Assembly (NCBI GenBank): GCA_963825295.1
Contig: CAWGSZ010000009.1
Span: forward strand, 1,432,188-1,496,187
DNA from: Vicinamibacterales bacterium
GTDB taxonomy: Bacteria; Acidobacteriota; Vicinamibacteria; Vicinamibacterales; JAMQPK01
DNA length: 64,000 nt
Direction: 5' to 3'
A model generated the notes under the pieces. It ran no database searches, was not told the origin of the DNA, and saw nothing but the letters and a program-made list of their open reading frames with translations. Shown here piece by piece: positions 20,471-29,494 of this stretch; positions within the stretch are counted from its first letter, which is position 1; the number at the start of each line of letters is the position of its first letter. The position numbers and the translations under genes were made by a program.

Positions 20471-21414
20471 TTCGGAACATGTTCGTCCTTGCGTTACTCA
20501 TCCTCATGGCTGCGTCCGGCTTGCGCGGGCAGGGCGGGCCCAACGTCATCGCCTTCAGCAACCCGATGAACATCGAGTTCATGAACGGGCCGATTACGTT
20601 CGACAGCGAGCCTGTCACCGGTTCGCCCTACTCGGCGGAAGCGGTGACCGACGTCGTCCAGGTGCTGGCCGATGGCAACCGCATCGTCCGGCAGAACAAG
20701 GCCCAGATGGCCAGGGACGGGCAGGGCCGCACGCGCCGCGAACAAGGGTTTGCGATGTTCGGCCCGCTCGTCAATGGTCCGGGCGCCGGTGACCAACCCC
20801 GCAGCGTGCAGATCTCAGACCCGACAACGGGCACGATGATCATGCTCGATCTGCGGAACAAGGTAGCGCACAAGATACCCGCGCCGCATCTGATGTTGAA
20901 CAAGATGACCGGCCCCGCATGGACGGCGGGGGCCGCCGGTGTGAGGGTCGAACGATCCGAAGTGGCCGTGGCACCTCCGCCGCCGGGTGCTGGCGCGGGA
21001 ACAGGCGTAGGAGTGGGCGTGGGAGCGGGAGCCAGCGTGATGTATCACAGCACAACGGCCATTGCGGGCTTCGCTGGTCAGAACGTCGCCGAGCCGGTCG
21101 TCGAGCAGCTCGGCACGACGTTCATGGAAGGTGTGGCGGTAGAAGGGACGCGCAGCACGACGACCATTCGGGCAGGCGAAATCGGCAACGAGCAGCCGAT
21201 CACCATCGTCTCCGAGCGCTGGACGTCGCCAGACCTGAAAGTGCTCGTCATGAGCAAGCAATCGGATCCGCGGTTCGGAGAGACGACTTACCGGCTCACG
21301 AACCTTATGCGCGGCGAGCCGTCGCCTCAGCTTTTTGAAATTCCGAGCGACTTCCAGGTGATCGACGCAGGGTCCAGGCGGGACGTCGTGTTCGAGCGGA
21401 AAATAGTGAAATAG
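20467..21414 (+). CDS. secreted hypothetical protein (third gene of the ECF module)
   Basis: ATGA start/stop overlap with the upstream gene. Signal peptide MIRNMFVLALLILMAASGLRGQ. Gly-rich tract PPPPGAGAGTGVGVGVGAG. Confidence 0.6.
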   Translation: MIRNMFVLALLILMAASGLRGQGGPNVIAFSNPMNIEFMNGPITFDSEPVTGSPYSAEAVTDVVQVLADGNRIVRQNKAQMARDGQGRTRREQGFAMFGPLVNGPGAGDQPRSVQISDPTTGTMIMLDLRNKVAHKIPAPHLMLNKMTGPAWTAGAAGVRVERSEVAVAPPPPGAGAGTGVGVGVGAGASVMYHSTTAIAGFAGQNVAEPVVEQLGTTFMEGVAVEGTRSTTTIRAGEIGNEQPITIVSERWTSPDLKVLVMSKQSDPRFGETTYRLTNLMRGEPSPQLFEIPSDFQVIDAGSRRDVVFERKIVK

Positions 21415-21428
21415 TTTAGTTTTCAGTT

Positions 21429-22800
<1,372 letters not shown>

Positions 22801-22823
22801 TGGCTCGTATCATGTCATGGAAA

Positions 22824-22899
22824 ATGGCAGATGGCAGATGGCGAGCGGATGGCAGATGGCAACGGACGGTCCCGCCATTTGCCATTTGCCATTTGCCAT
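22824..22899. repeat. heptamer-word hairpin (ATGGCAG)n ... (CCATTTG)n
   Basis: The left arm atggcagatggcagatggcg..atggcagatggcaa faces the right arm gccatttgccatttgccatttgccat. A related element lies at 26543-26611. Confidence 0.7.
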
Positions 22900-22915
22900 G
22901 ACCGCCAGGCGAGCG

Positions 22916-23455
22916 TTACTTCGCCTGGACCGCCAAGGTCACCCGCACGTCGTCGCCCACCAGGAAGCCGCCGGTTTCAAGAGCGGCGTTCCAGCTCAAG
23001 CCAAAGTCTTTGCGGTTCAGCGTGAGCTCAGCTTCGAACACGTGCTTGGTATTGCCCCAGGGGTCCTGCGCAGCGCCGAGAAAGCTCGCCGGCAATGTCA
23101 CCTGTCTCGTGGTGCCGTGAATCGTGAGATCGCCCACGACATCGTAGGTATCCGGTCCGCGCGGCACGACCGATGTGCTCTCGAACGTAAGGGTTGGGAA
23201 CTTCTCGACGTCGAAGAAGTCGGCACTGCGAAGATGGGCGTCGCGCTGGGGTTCGGCCGTGTCGATGCTCGCCGCGTTGATGGTGACCGACACGTGCGAA
23301 CGCTCGGGGCTCGCCTCGTCCAGGGCGATGGTGCCGGCGAAATCGGTGAAGCGTCCGCGGACCTTGCTGAGCAGGTGACGCACCTGGAACGCGACTTCAG
23401 AATGGCTGCGATCGATGGCAAGAGTGCTGGCTGCGACGGCGGTTTGGGTTTTCAT
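22916..23455 (-). CDS. YceI-family polyisoprenoid-binding protein
   Basis: ..IDRSHSEVAFQVRHLLSKVRGRFTDFAGTI..RDAHLRSADFFDVEKFPTLTFEST..GDLTIHGTTRQVTL.. is the typical YceI pattern. Confidence 0.9.
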   Translation of the reverse strand: MKTQTAVAASTLAIDRSHSEVAFQVRHLLSKVRGRFTDFAGTIALDEASPERSHVSVTINAASIDTAEPQRDAHLRSADFFDVEKFPTLTFESTSVVPRGPDTYDVVGDLTIHGTTRQVTLPASFLGAAQDPWGNTKHVFEAELTLNRKDFGLSWNAALETGGFLVGDDVRVTLAVQAK

Positions 23456-23520
23456 GTTGCTGTCTCCTTAGTTGTTATGACGCTATGTGTGTAAACACCT
23501 ATCAGCCCGGAAAAATTCCC

Positions 23521-23985
23521 TCACGGGGCGCTCCGGACCTCCTCCAGCAAATCGATGAGCTCTCGGAGCCGCTTCTGGCTGAGGTGCCCCAGTTGCCTGG
23601 CGTGCATAGCGGGCAGCTCGCGATCGATCTTCTCGAGGAGCTTCAGGCCTTTGTCGGTAATGTAGGTCGCCACGAAACGACGATCCTCGCCGTTCCGGCG
23701 GCGGTTGATCAGCCCGCCGGTCTCCATCCGATCGAGCAACCGCGTCACGTCGGGCACCTGCGTGACGAGCCGCTCCCCCACTTCGTTCCGGCACAGGCCG
23801 GCGTCTCCCGCCCCCCGCAGAATCCGGAGCACGTTGTACTGCGTGATCGTGAGATCGAAGGGCTTCAGTGCTTCCGCTCCGGCGTGCTCGAGGAGCGCGG
23901 CCGTGCGCGCGATGCTCAAGATGGCCTCTTCCTCGACGCTCTTGAAGGGCCTTGTCATCTTCAGTTCGTCGCGCAGGGTCTTCAT
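23521..23985 (-). CDS. MarR-family transcriptional regulator
   Basis: Winged HTH (LTITQYNVLRILRGAGDAGLCRNEVGERLVTQVPDVTRLLDRMETGGLINRRRNGEDRRFV). It lies upstream of yceI in the same orientation. The ATG at 23985 is chosen because a TATAAT box overlaps the longer ORF. Confidence 0.85.
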   Translation of the reverse strand: MKTLRDELKMTRPFKSVEEEAILSIARTAALLEHAGAEALKPFDLTITQYNVLRILRGAGDAGLCRNEVGERLVTQVPDVTRLLDRMETGGLINRRRNGEDRRFVATYITDKGLKLLEKIDRELPAMHARQLGHLSQKRLRELIDLLEEVRSAP

Positions 23986-23998
23986 ACTGATGGGAAGC

Positions 23999-24027
23999 AT
24001 TATACGTGTTATAACACTTAATTGCAA
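23999..24027 (-). promoter_or_regulatory. sigma70-like promoter TTGCAA-17-TATAAT with a 12-bp perfect palindrome GTGTTATAACAC in the spacer (candidate MarR operator)
   Basis: The minus strand reads TTGCAA (24027-24022), the spacer TTAAGTGTTATAACACG, then TATAAT (24004-23999). The palindrome is at 24006-24017, and the ATG at 23985 lies about 14 nt downstream of the -10 box. Confidence 0.5.
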
Positions 24028-24036
24028 GCGGTCATC

Positions 24037-24061
24037 GGTAGGGCCCGGCTCCAGCCGGGTC
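24037..24061. repeat. REP-like hairpin GGTAGGGCCCGGCTCCAGCCGGGTC
   Basis: Stem CCCGGCT/AGCCGGG. Same family as 20090-20155 and 34378-34396. Confidence 0.5.
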
Positions 24062-24435
24062 GTTAAGCGGAAAACGCTCTAGGCCCGGCGCCGCCGCGCG
24101 GCAGCAATCAGCCGTTGACGATGCTGGATACGGAGCCGCAAAAGCCGGCTCTTGCGCTTGGTCAGCGAACGAAGGTGCGCCTGCGCCGCCTTAATCTCGC
24201 GATCGACCGCAAGAAAGCAATCCGCGTCCGAGCGATGCGGGAGATCGAGAGCGCCCTCGCAGTGGACACACACACGTTCGCGGTTTTCATTCCGGAACGA
24301 ATTCTACCAAAGAGGACGTCCGGGACATCCGGCCAGGACACCCCCTGTCGTTGTAAATCCAATGAATTCGGGGGTCTTTTGTTGGTGCCGTCCTTGCAAA
24401 CTCTGCTGACGTACTCGACAAGGAGGCTGTATCAG

Positions 24436-25185
24436 ATGCGCCACAGTGCCCCGGCCATCGTCCTGGCTCTAGCACTGCTCGTGCTCTCCCCCGTCCTGGT
24501 GTCCGCTCAGCAGCCGGCGCCCGACTTTCTGTTCGGTCCCCCCAATGGCATGGTGGGATTTCGAAGCGGCTGGGTGTTCGCGCGCGCGGAGAGCGATCTG
24601 CAATCGTTCATCCAGCGCACGCTGACCGTCGACGGCAGGGATTTCGATGCACCAGCCATTGGCATGGACGTCGAGTTCCGGCTCACGCCGCGGACGAGCA
24701 TCGTCGGCGGCTTCGACTGGTCGCAGGCGAGCAAGAATTCGGAGTATCGCGATTTCGTCGACAATCAGCGTCTGCCGATTACGCAATCGACGCGGCTGCG
24801 CGAGCTGAACCTGAGCGGCAGCGTCAAGTTCGCGCTCACGCCGCACGGGCGCGAAATAAGCAGACGCGCGTGGATTCCGGCTGCCGTCACGCCCTACGTC
24901 GGCGCCGGGGCCGGCCTGCTGCGCTACGAGCTGCTGCAATACGGCGACTTCATCGACGTGAACACGGTTAACATGGAGATCTTCACCGACACCTTGCGTT
25001 CGGACGGATGGCGGCCGAGCGCACAGGTGTTCGGCGGGGTGGATATCAAGGTGCTCAAGCGGATGTATCTCAGCGGCGAGGCGCGTTATCTCTGGTCGAA
25101 CGCCACACCCGATTCCGACTTCGATTTCGACTCGATCGATCTGACCGGTCTGAAGGCAACGGTCGGCATTCATTACATGTTTTAG
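24436..25185 (+). CDS. outer membrane beta-barrel protein
   Basis: AGGAGG at 24421-24426 precedes the ATG at 24436. Signal peptide MRHSAPAIVLALALLVLSPVLVSAQ. The C-terminal strand ends ..LKATVGIHYMF with a terminal aromatic residue. Confidence 0.65.
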   Translation: MRHSAPAIVLALALLVLSPVLVSAQQPAPDFLFGPPNGMVGFRSGWVFARAESDLQSFIQRTLTVDGRDFDAPAIGMDVEFRLTPRTSIVGGFDWSQASKNSEYRDFVDNQRLPITQSTRLRELNLSGSVKFALTPHGREISRRAWIPAAVTPYVGAGAGLLRYELLQYGDFIDVNTVNMEIFTDTLRSDGWRPSAQVFGGVDIKVLKRMYLSGEARYLWSNATPDSDFDFDSIDLTGLKATVGIHYMF

Positions 25186-25193
25186 AGGACCTT

Positions 25194-26528
25194 ATGGCAC
25201 ACAGATTCCTTCCGGCTTTCGCGATCGCATTAGCGGCCGTCTCGGCCCCGGCGATGGCGCAGGATTCAGCCACCGGATTCGATTCGAGATGGAACGCGTA
25301 TCTGGGGTGCTGGACGATTGCCCAGGATCAGCTCGGACAGCAGCCCGTGATGCTGGCGCCCGGCACGATGGTGTGCGTCAGGCCGTCCGGACGATTCGGC
25401 GTCGCCATCACCACCACCGTGGACGGCAAGGACGTGCTCGACCAGACGATCGTCGCCGATGGATCGGCCCAGCCGCTGTCGCAGGGCGAATGCCAGGGCG
25501 TGCAGACCAGCGAGTGGTCGCGCGACGGCGAACGGCTCTTTACGCGCGTCTCGCTCGACTGCGCCGGGCGGCCTGCTCGGACGGTGTCGGGCATCACGAC
25601 GATGGCCAAGGGACAGTGGGTGGACGTGCAGGCGATCGTCGTCGACAACGATCACGATCTGCGCGTCAGGCGGTATCGCCGCTCGAGCGATCCGTACACC
25701 GGAATGCCCGTGACGACGACCGCGCCGCTCAATGTCGAGGACATCATCGAGGCCAATGCGAAGGTGCAGTCGCCGGCGGTCGAAGCGGTGCTCCTGGAAG
25801 TGGGCGGGCGATTCACGTTGAACAGCCGGGTGCTCAGACAGCTCGCCGACGCAAAGGTCTCGCCCGATGTCATCGACCTGATGGTGGCGCAGGCATATCC
25901 GGACCGCTTCGATGTCGACAGCGGCGTGTATCCGCCCGCGCCCGTGGCGTCGGGTTCGTACTCGACGTCCCCGGCCGATCTGAACGCGACGATCGTCACC
26001 GGCGGCGGCGTGGGTTATCCCTATCCGATCTACGATCCGTTCTACAGCAGCTATTACTACTACTCACCGTTTGCGTATCCGTACTATTGGGGCGCGGGCT
26101 ATCGTTATCGCTACGGCTATCCGTACTATCGCAGCTACTACAACTACTACGGGGCCCCCGGGTATCCGTACTATCCCGGCAGCATCTACACCGGCGGCCC
26201 GAGCGATCCAGGATCGGGCTACGCCCCACCAGGAACACCCGACTCGCGCGGCGGCAGCGGCATCGCCACGAGCCGCGGGTACACGCGCGTGCGTCCGGCA
26301 GGAAGCGGTGGCGGTGGTGGTGAGAGCGCGACGCCTACCGGCGGAGGAAGCGTTGGAGGCAGCCGGGGGGTCAACTCAGGTGGTTCGTCAGGTTCGTCGA
26401 GTTCGTCGGGTTCGTCGGGTTCGTCGGGTTCGTCGTCAGGTTCGTCGGGTTCGAGCGGCGCGTCGAGCGGTGGCTTCTCCGGCGGCGGCAACAGCAGCGG
26501 CAGTGGAAGGACGGCTCAGCCCAGGTAG
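25194..26528 (+). CDS. secreted protein with extreme Tyr/Pro/Gly-rich segment and Gly/Ser-rich tail
   Basis: It starts 8 nt after the OMP gene. Signal peptide MAHRFLPAFAIALAAVSAPAMAQ. Segment GYPYPIYDPFYSSYYYYSPFAYPYYWGAGYRYRYGYPYYRSYYNYYGAPGYPYYPGSIY, then (GSS)n. Confidence 0.7.
   Translation: MAHRFLPAFAIALAAVSAPAMAQDSATGFDSRWNAYLGCWTIAQDQLGQQPVMLAPGTMVCVRPSGRFGVAITTTVDGKDVLDQTIVADGSAQPLSQGECQGVQTSEWSRDGERLFTRVSLDCAGRPARTVSGITTMAKGQWVDVQAIVVDNDHDLRVRRYRRSSDPYTGMPVTTTAPLNVEDIIEANAKVQSPAVEAVLLEVGGRFTLNSRVLRQLADAKVSPDVIDLMVAQAYPDRFDVDSGVYPPAPVASGSYSTSPADLNATIVTGGGVGYPYPIYDPFYSSYYYYSPFAYPYYWGAGYRYRYGYPYYRSYYNYYGAPGYPYYPGSIYTGGPSDPGSGYAPPGTPDSRGGSGIATSRGYTRVRPAGSGGGGGESATPTGGGSVGGSRGVNSGGSSGSSSSSGSSGSSGSSSGSSGSSGASSGGFSGGGNSSGSGRTAQPR
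26383..26457. repeat. tandem 9-mer array (GGTTCGTCG)n, about 8 units
   Basis: ggttcgtca ggttcgtcg agttcgtcg ggttcgtcg x3 .. ggttcgtcg ggttcgagc. It is the same 9-mer, on the same DNA strand, as the array at 7326-7401. Confidence 0.8.
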
Positions 26529-26542
26529 AGATGCCAGTCAGG

Positions 26543-26611
26543 GCAGATGGCTGATGGCAGATGGCACAAACCGAGGGCTTCCTTTGCCATCAGCCATTTG
26601 CCATTTGCCAT
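26543..26611. terminator. heptamer-word hairpin between convergent genes
   Basis: gcagatggctgatggcagatggca (26543-26566) faces tgccatcagccatttgccatttgccat (26585-26611). It lies between the stops at 26528 (+) and 26619 (-). Confidence 0.6.
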
Positions 26612-26618
26612 ACAGGAA

Positions 26619-28148
26619 TCACTCAGTCGCACCCAGCTTCTTCAGCAGCGCAATCGTTTCGGGGAAATTCGGGGCGCGAGACGGCGCGCGATCCGCGTCG
26701 TTGTCGTCGTCGGCAATCGCCGCAGCCGTAATCGCCGCGCCTCGTCGACGGGGACCCGCGTTGCCCGGCATCAGCGCGGCCAGCGGCGTCAATCCACGCC
26801 GGTTCTTCGCGTTCAGCTCCGCACCGCGATCTGCCAGCAACTGCACCACGGTATTGAGCCCGCGTCCTGCGGCGACGTGGAGCGCGGTATCGCCAGCCTG
26901 ATTGGCGCCGTTCACATTGGCGCCGAGATCGAGCGCCGTCGTGACAGCTTCCAGAACTTCGCTTTCCGGCTCGACGACGCCACCGTCGATGACGGCAATG
27001 CCGCGACGCGTGGAATTCCCGCCCGCACCGGCGCCGGCCGCGACCATCAACGGCGTGGCCCCATCTCGCGTCGTCAGCGTGGCGTCTGCCCCACTGGCGA
27101 CGAGCGTCTTCATGATGTCAGGCTCGAGGAAGCGCGCCGCCAGCAGATACGGCGTCGAACCGATCAGCGTGGCCGGCAGGTTGTAGTCGGTCGTATCACG
27201 GCGGATGGGCGTGCCTCTCGCGAGCCGCACGTTTGGACTCGCTCCGCGCTCGAGCAACGCCTTCACCAGCGTCACATCGCTCCTGAGGATGGCCGCATGC
27301 ATGGCGGTGTACCCGGCATCGGCTGCGTTCGGGTCGGCGCCTTTCTCGAGCAGCACCAGGCCGACTTCCGTGTGACCGCTGTGCACCGCCACCACGAGCG
27401 CGCTCATGCCTTCCGGGAGTTGATCGTTGACGCTGGCCCCGGCCGCGAGCAGCAGGCGCGCCGACGCCGCGTCGCCCGATCGGGCGGCAAACAGCAGCGG
27501 CGTGCTGCCCCCTCGCAGTACCGTGTAGTTCAGCTCTTCGCGGCCGAATCGCTGCGTCTGCTCGCCGACCACCGTCTGCGGAAAGGTGCGCGAACGCGCG
27601 TTGATCTCGGCGCCGGCCTCGACCAGAAGGCCGGTCACGTCAGGATGCCGCTGGGCGGCCGCCCACATCAGCGCGGTCTGGTCGTGAGACGTCTCCTTGA
27701 CGTTGACGCGCGCGCCCTTCACGAGCAGGGCCTTCACGCCGCGCGCATCGCCCGCGCGGGCACAGGTCATCAGCACCGTCTCGCCGTTGATCGACGCGGC
27801 GTTGGCATCGGCCTTTGCCGCCAGCAGACGCTCGACCATGACGCCGTTGCGATTGATGCAGGCGACGTGCAGCGGCGTAAACCCGTTCTCGTTCGCCACA
27901 GCCGCGCGCGCACCGGCCTTGATCAGCACGTCGGCGATCGTCAGATCGTCCACATGGGCGGCCCAGTGCAGCGCCGTCGTGCCGTCACCTTCCGGCGCGT
28001 TCACGTCCACGCGCTGCTTGAGCAGCGTGCGGACCGTCGCGACGTCTTTCGCCCGGATGGCTTTGATGAGACGCACGTCGGCCGCCGCAAACACCCCTGC
28101 CTGCGAGAGGAGCACGACGCAGAGTCCAACGATGGCTTTCGCGCGCAT
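26619..28148 (-). CDS. exported ankyrin-repeat protein (about 10 repeats)
   Basis: ATG at 28148. Signal peptide MRAKAIVGLCVVLLSQAGVFAAA. Repeated G.T(A/P)LH.AA..G...(V/L)..LL..GA..N units. Confidence 0.85.
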   Translation of the reverse strand: MRAKAIVGLCVVLLSQAGVFAAADVRLIKAIRAKDVATVRTLLKQRVDVNAPEGDGTTALHWAAHVDDLTIADVLIKAGARAAVANENGFTPLHVACINRNGVMVERLLAAKADANAASINGETVLMTCARAGDARGVKALLVKGARVNVKETSHDQTALMWAAAQRHPDVTGLLVEAGAEINARSRTFPQTVVGEQTQRFGREELNYTVLRGGSTPLLFAARSGDAASARLLLAAGASVNDQLPEGMSALVVAVHSGHTEVGLVLLEKGADPNAADAGYTAMHAAILRSDVTLVKALLERGASPNVRLARGTPIRRDTTDYNLPATLIGSTPYLLAARFLEPDIMKTLVASGADATLTTRDGATPLMVAAGAGAGGNSTRRGIAVIDGGVVEPESEVLEAVTTALDLGANVNGANQAGDTALHVAAGRGLNTVVQLLADRGAELNAKNRRGLTPLAALMPGNAGPRRRGAAITAAAIADDDNDADRAPSRAPNFPETIALLKKLGATE

Positions 28149-28150
28149 GG

Positions 28151-29494
28151 CTACAACGACAGGATCTTCACGTCGACGCGGCCGGTGCTGTCGCCGAACT
28201 TGTCCATCGTGACGCCGAACTGATCCATCAGCGTCAGATGCAGGTTCGCGAGCGGCACGTCCCTGAACCGGATGTGCCGGCCGCCCTTCAGGAAGCCGGT
28301 CCCCTTGCCCGCCATCACGATGGGAATGTCGTAAGGATCGTGGCTGTTGCTGTCGGCAATGCCGGCGCCATACATCATCGTCATGTGATCGAGGAGCGTG
28401 CCGTCGCCGTCGGGCGTGGCCTTTAGGCGCTCGAGGTAGTACGCGAACATCTTCATGTGGTACGCGTTGATCTTCGCGACCTTCTCGATCTTCTCCAGCT
28501 CGCCGGCGTAGTGGGAGATCGGATGATGCGAATCGTTTACGCCAATCTGCGGATACGTCATGCCGCTGTGCTCGCGTCCAACCATGAACGTGATGACGCG
28601 CGTGAGATCGCACTGATACGCCAGCACCTGCAGGTCGAGCATCAGCTTCATGTGCGCTTCCCAGTCGCCGGGAATCCCCGCGGGATGCTCGACGAGCGGC
28701 AGCTCGTCGCCGGCCTGCGCCTCGGCGAGCTGGATGCGCTGCTCGACGTCGCGAATCGCCGACAGATATTCCGTGAGCTTCACGCGGTCCGACGCGGGCA
28801 GCGCGCCCTGCATGTGCGCGACTTCCTCGGTGACCGAGTCGAGAATGCTCTTCTGCTGACGCATTCGCGCCGCGCGCACTTTCGGATCGGTCGTGCCGGC
28901 ATCGCCGAACAACCGCTCGAACACGACTCTCGGGTTGTTCTGGGTCGGCAGCGGTGTGTTCGCGCTCTTCCAGACGATGGTGCTGGTGTACGGGCAGGCG
29001 TAGCCGGTGTCGCAGGCGCCCGACGTCTCGCCGGACTCCATCGACAACTCGAGCGACGGCAGTTGCGTGTACTTGCCGGTCTCGTTCGCCAGGATCTGGT
29101 CCATCGAGATCCCGACGTCGAGCCAGGTCTCGCTGGTCGGCGGCGAAACGTTCGTCAGGAACCGGGTGCTGGCCTTCGCGTGGGCGCCGCCTGGCCGCTC
29201 GCGCGTCGGCAGGCTGTTCAAACCGCTCACGACGAGCACGTCGTCGCGGAACGGCGCCAGCGGGCCGAGCGTCGGCGTCAGCTCGTAGTTCGCGCCGACG
29301 GCGGTCGGCAGGTAGTTCTTCATGATCATCCCGTTCGGCACGTAGTACACGCCGAAACGGTTGACGGGTTTGGCGGCGGTCTTCTGCCACGCCGACAGCG
29401 CCGGCACCATGCTGTCGAACAGCGGCAGCGCCAGCATCGCCCCCATGCCGCGCAGCACCGTGCGGCGCGGAATCGCCTTTTTCGAAATGATCAT
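28151..29494 (-). CDS. DUF1552 domain-containing protein (Tat signal)
   Basis: MIISKKAIPRRTVLRGMGAMLALPLF, then ..RFGVYYVPNG... and ..SHHPISHY... typical of DUF1552. ATGA overlap with the upstream gene. Confidence 0.85.
   Translation of the reverse strand: MIISKKAIPRRTVLRGMGAMLALPLFDSMVPALSAWQKTAAKPVNRFGVYYVPNGMIMKNYLPTAVGANYELTPTLGPLAPFRDDVLVVSGLNSLPTRERPGGAHAKASTRFLTNVSPPTSETWLDVGISMDQILANETGKYTQLPSLELSMESGETSGACDTGYACPYTSTIVWKSANTPLPTQNNPRVVFERLFGDAGTTDPKVRAARMRQQKSILDSVTEEVAHMQGALPASDRVKLTEYLSAIRDVEQRIQLAEAQAGDELPLVEHPAGIPGDWEAHMKLMLDLQVLAYQCDLTRVITFMVGREHSGMTYPQIGVNDSHHPISHYAGELEKIEKVAKINAYHMKMFAYYLERLKATPDGDGTLLDHMTMMYGAGIADSNSHDPYDIPIVMAGKGTGFLKGGRHIRFRDVPLANLHLTLMDQFGVTMDKFGDSTGRVDVKILSL

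Noticed and set aside
20815-21428. DEAD-box helicase ORF running a further 600 nt antisense through the secreted-protein gene 20467-21414.
   Set aside because: The +1 frame supplies a typical basic tail ending at 21429, directly after the convergent gene. The read-through is therefore the consequence of a single-base frame break, not an overlapping gene.
24079-24273. 64-aa minus-strand ORF (GTG start, CVHC motif, Arg-rich helical tail) between marR and the OMP gene.
   Set aside because: It has no RBS and no recognisable family, and it overlaps an equally long plus-strand ORF in a GC-rich spacer. The evidence is insufficient, though a small protein cannot be excluded.
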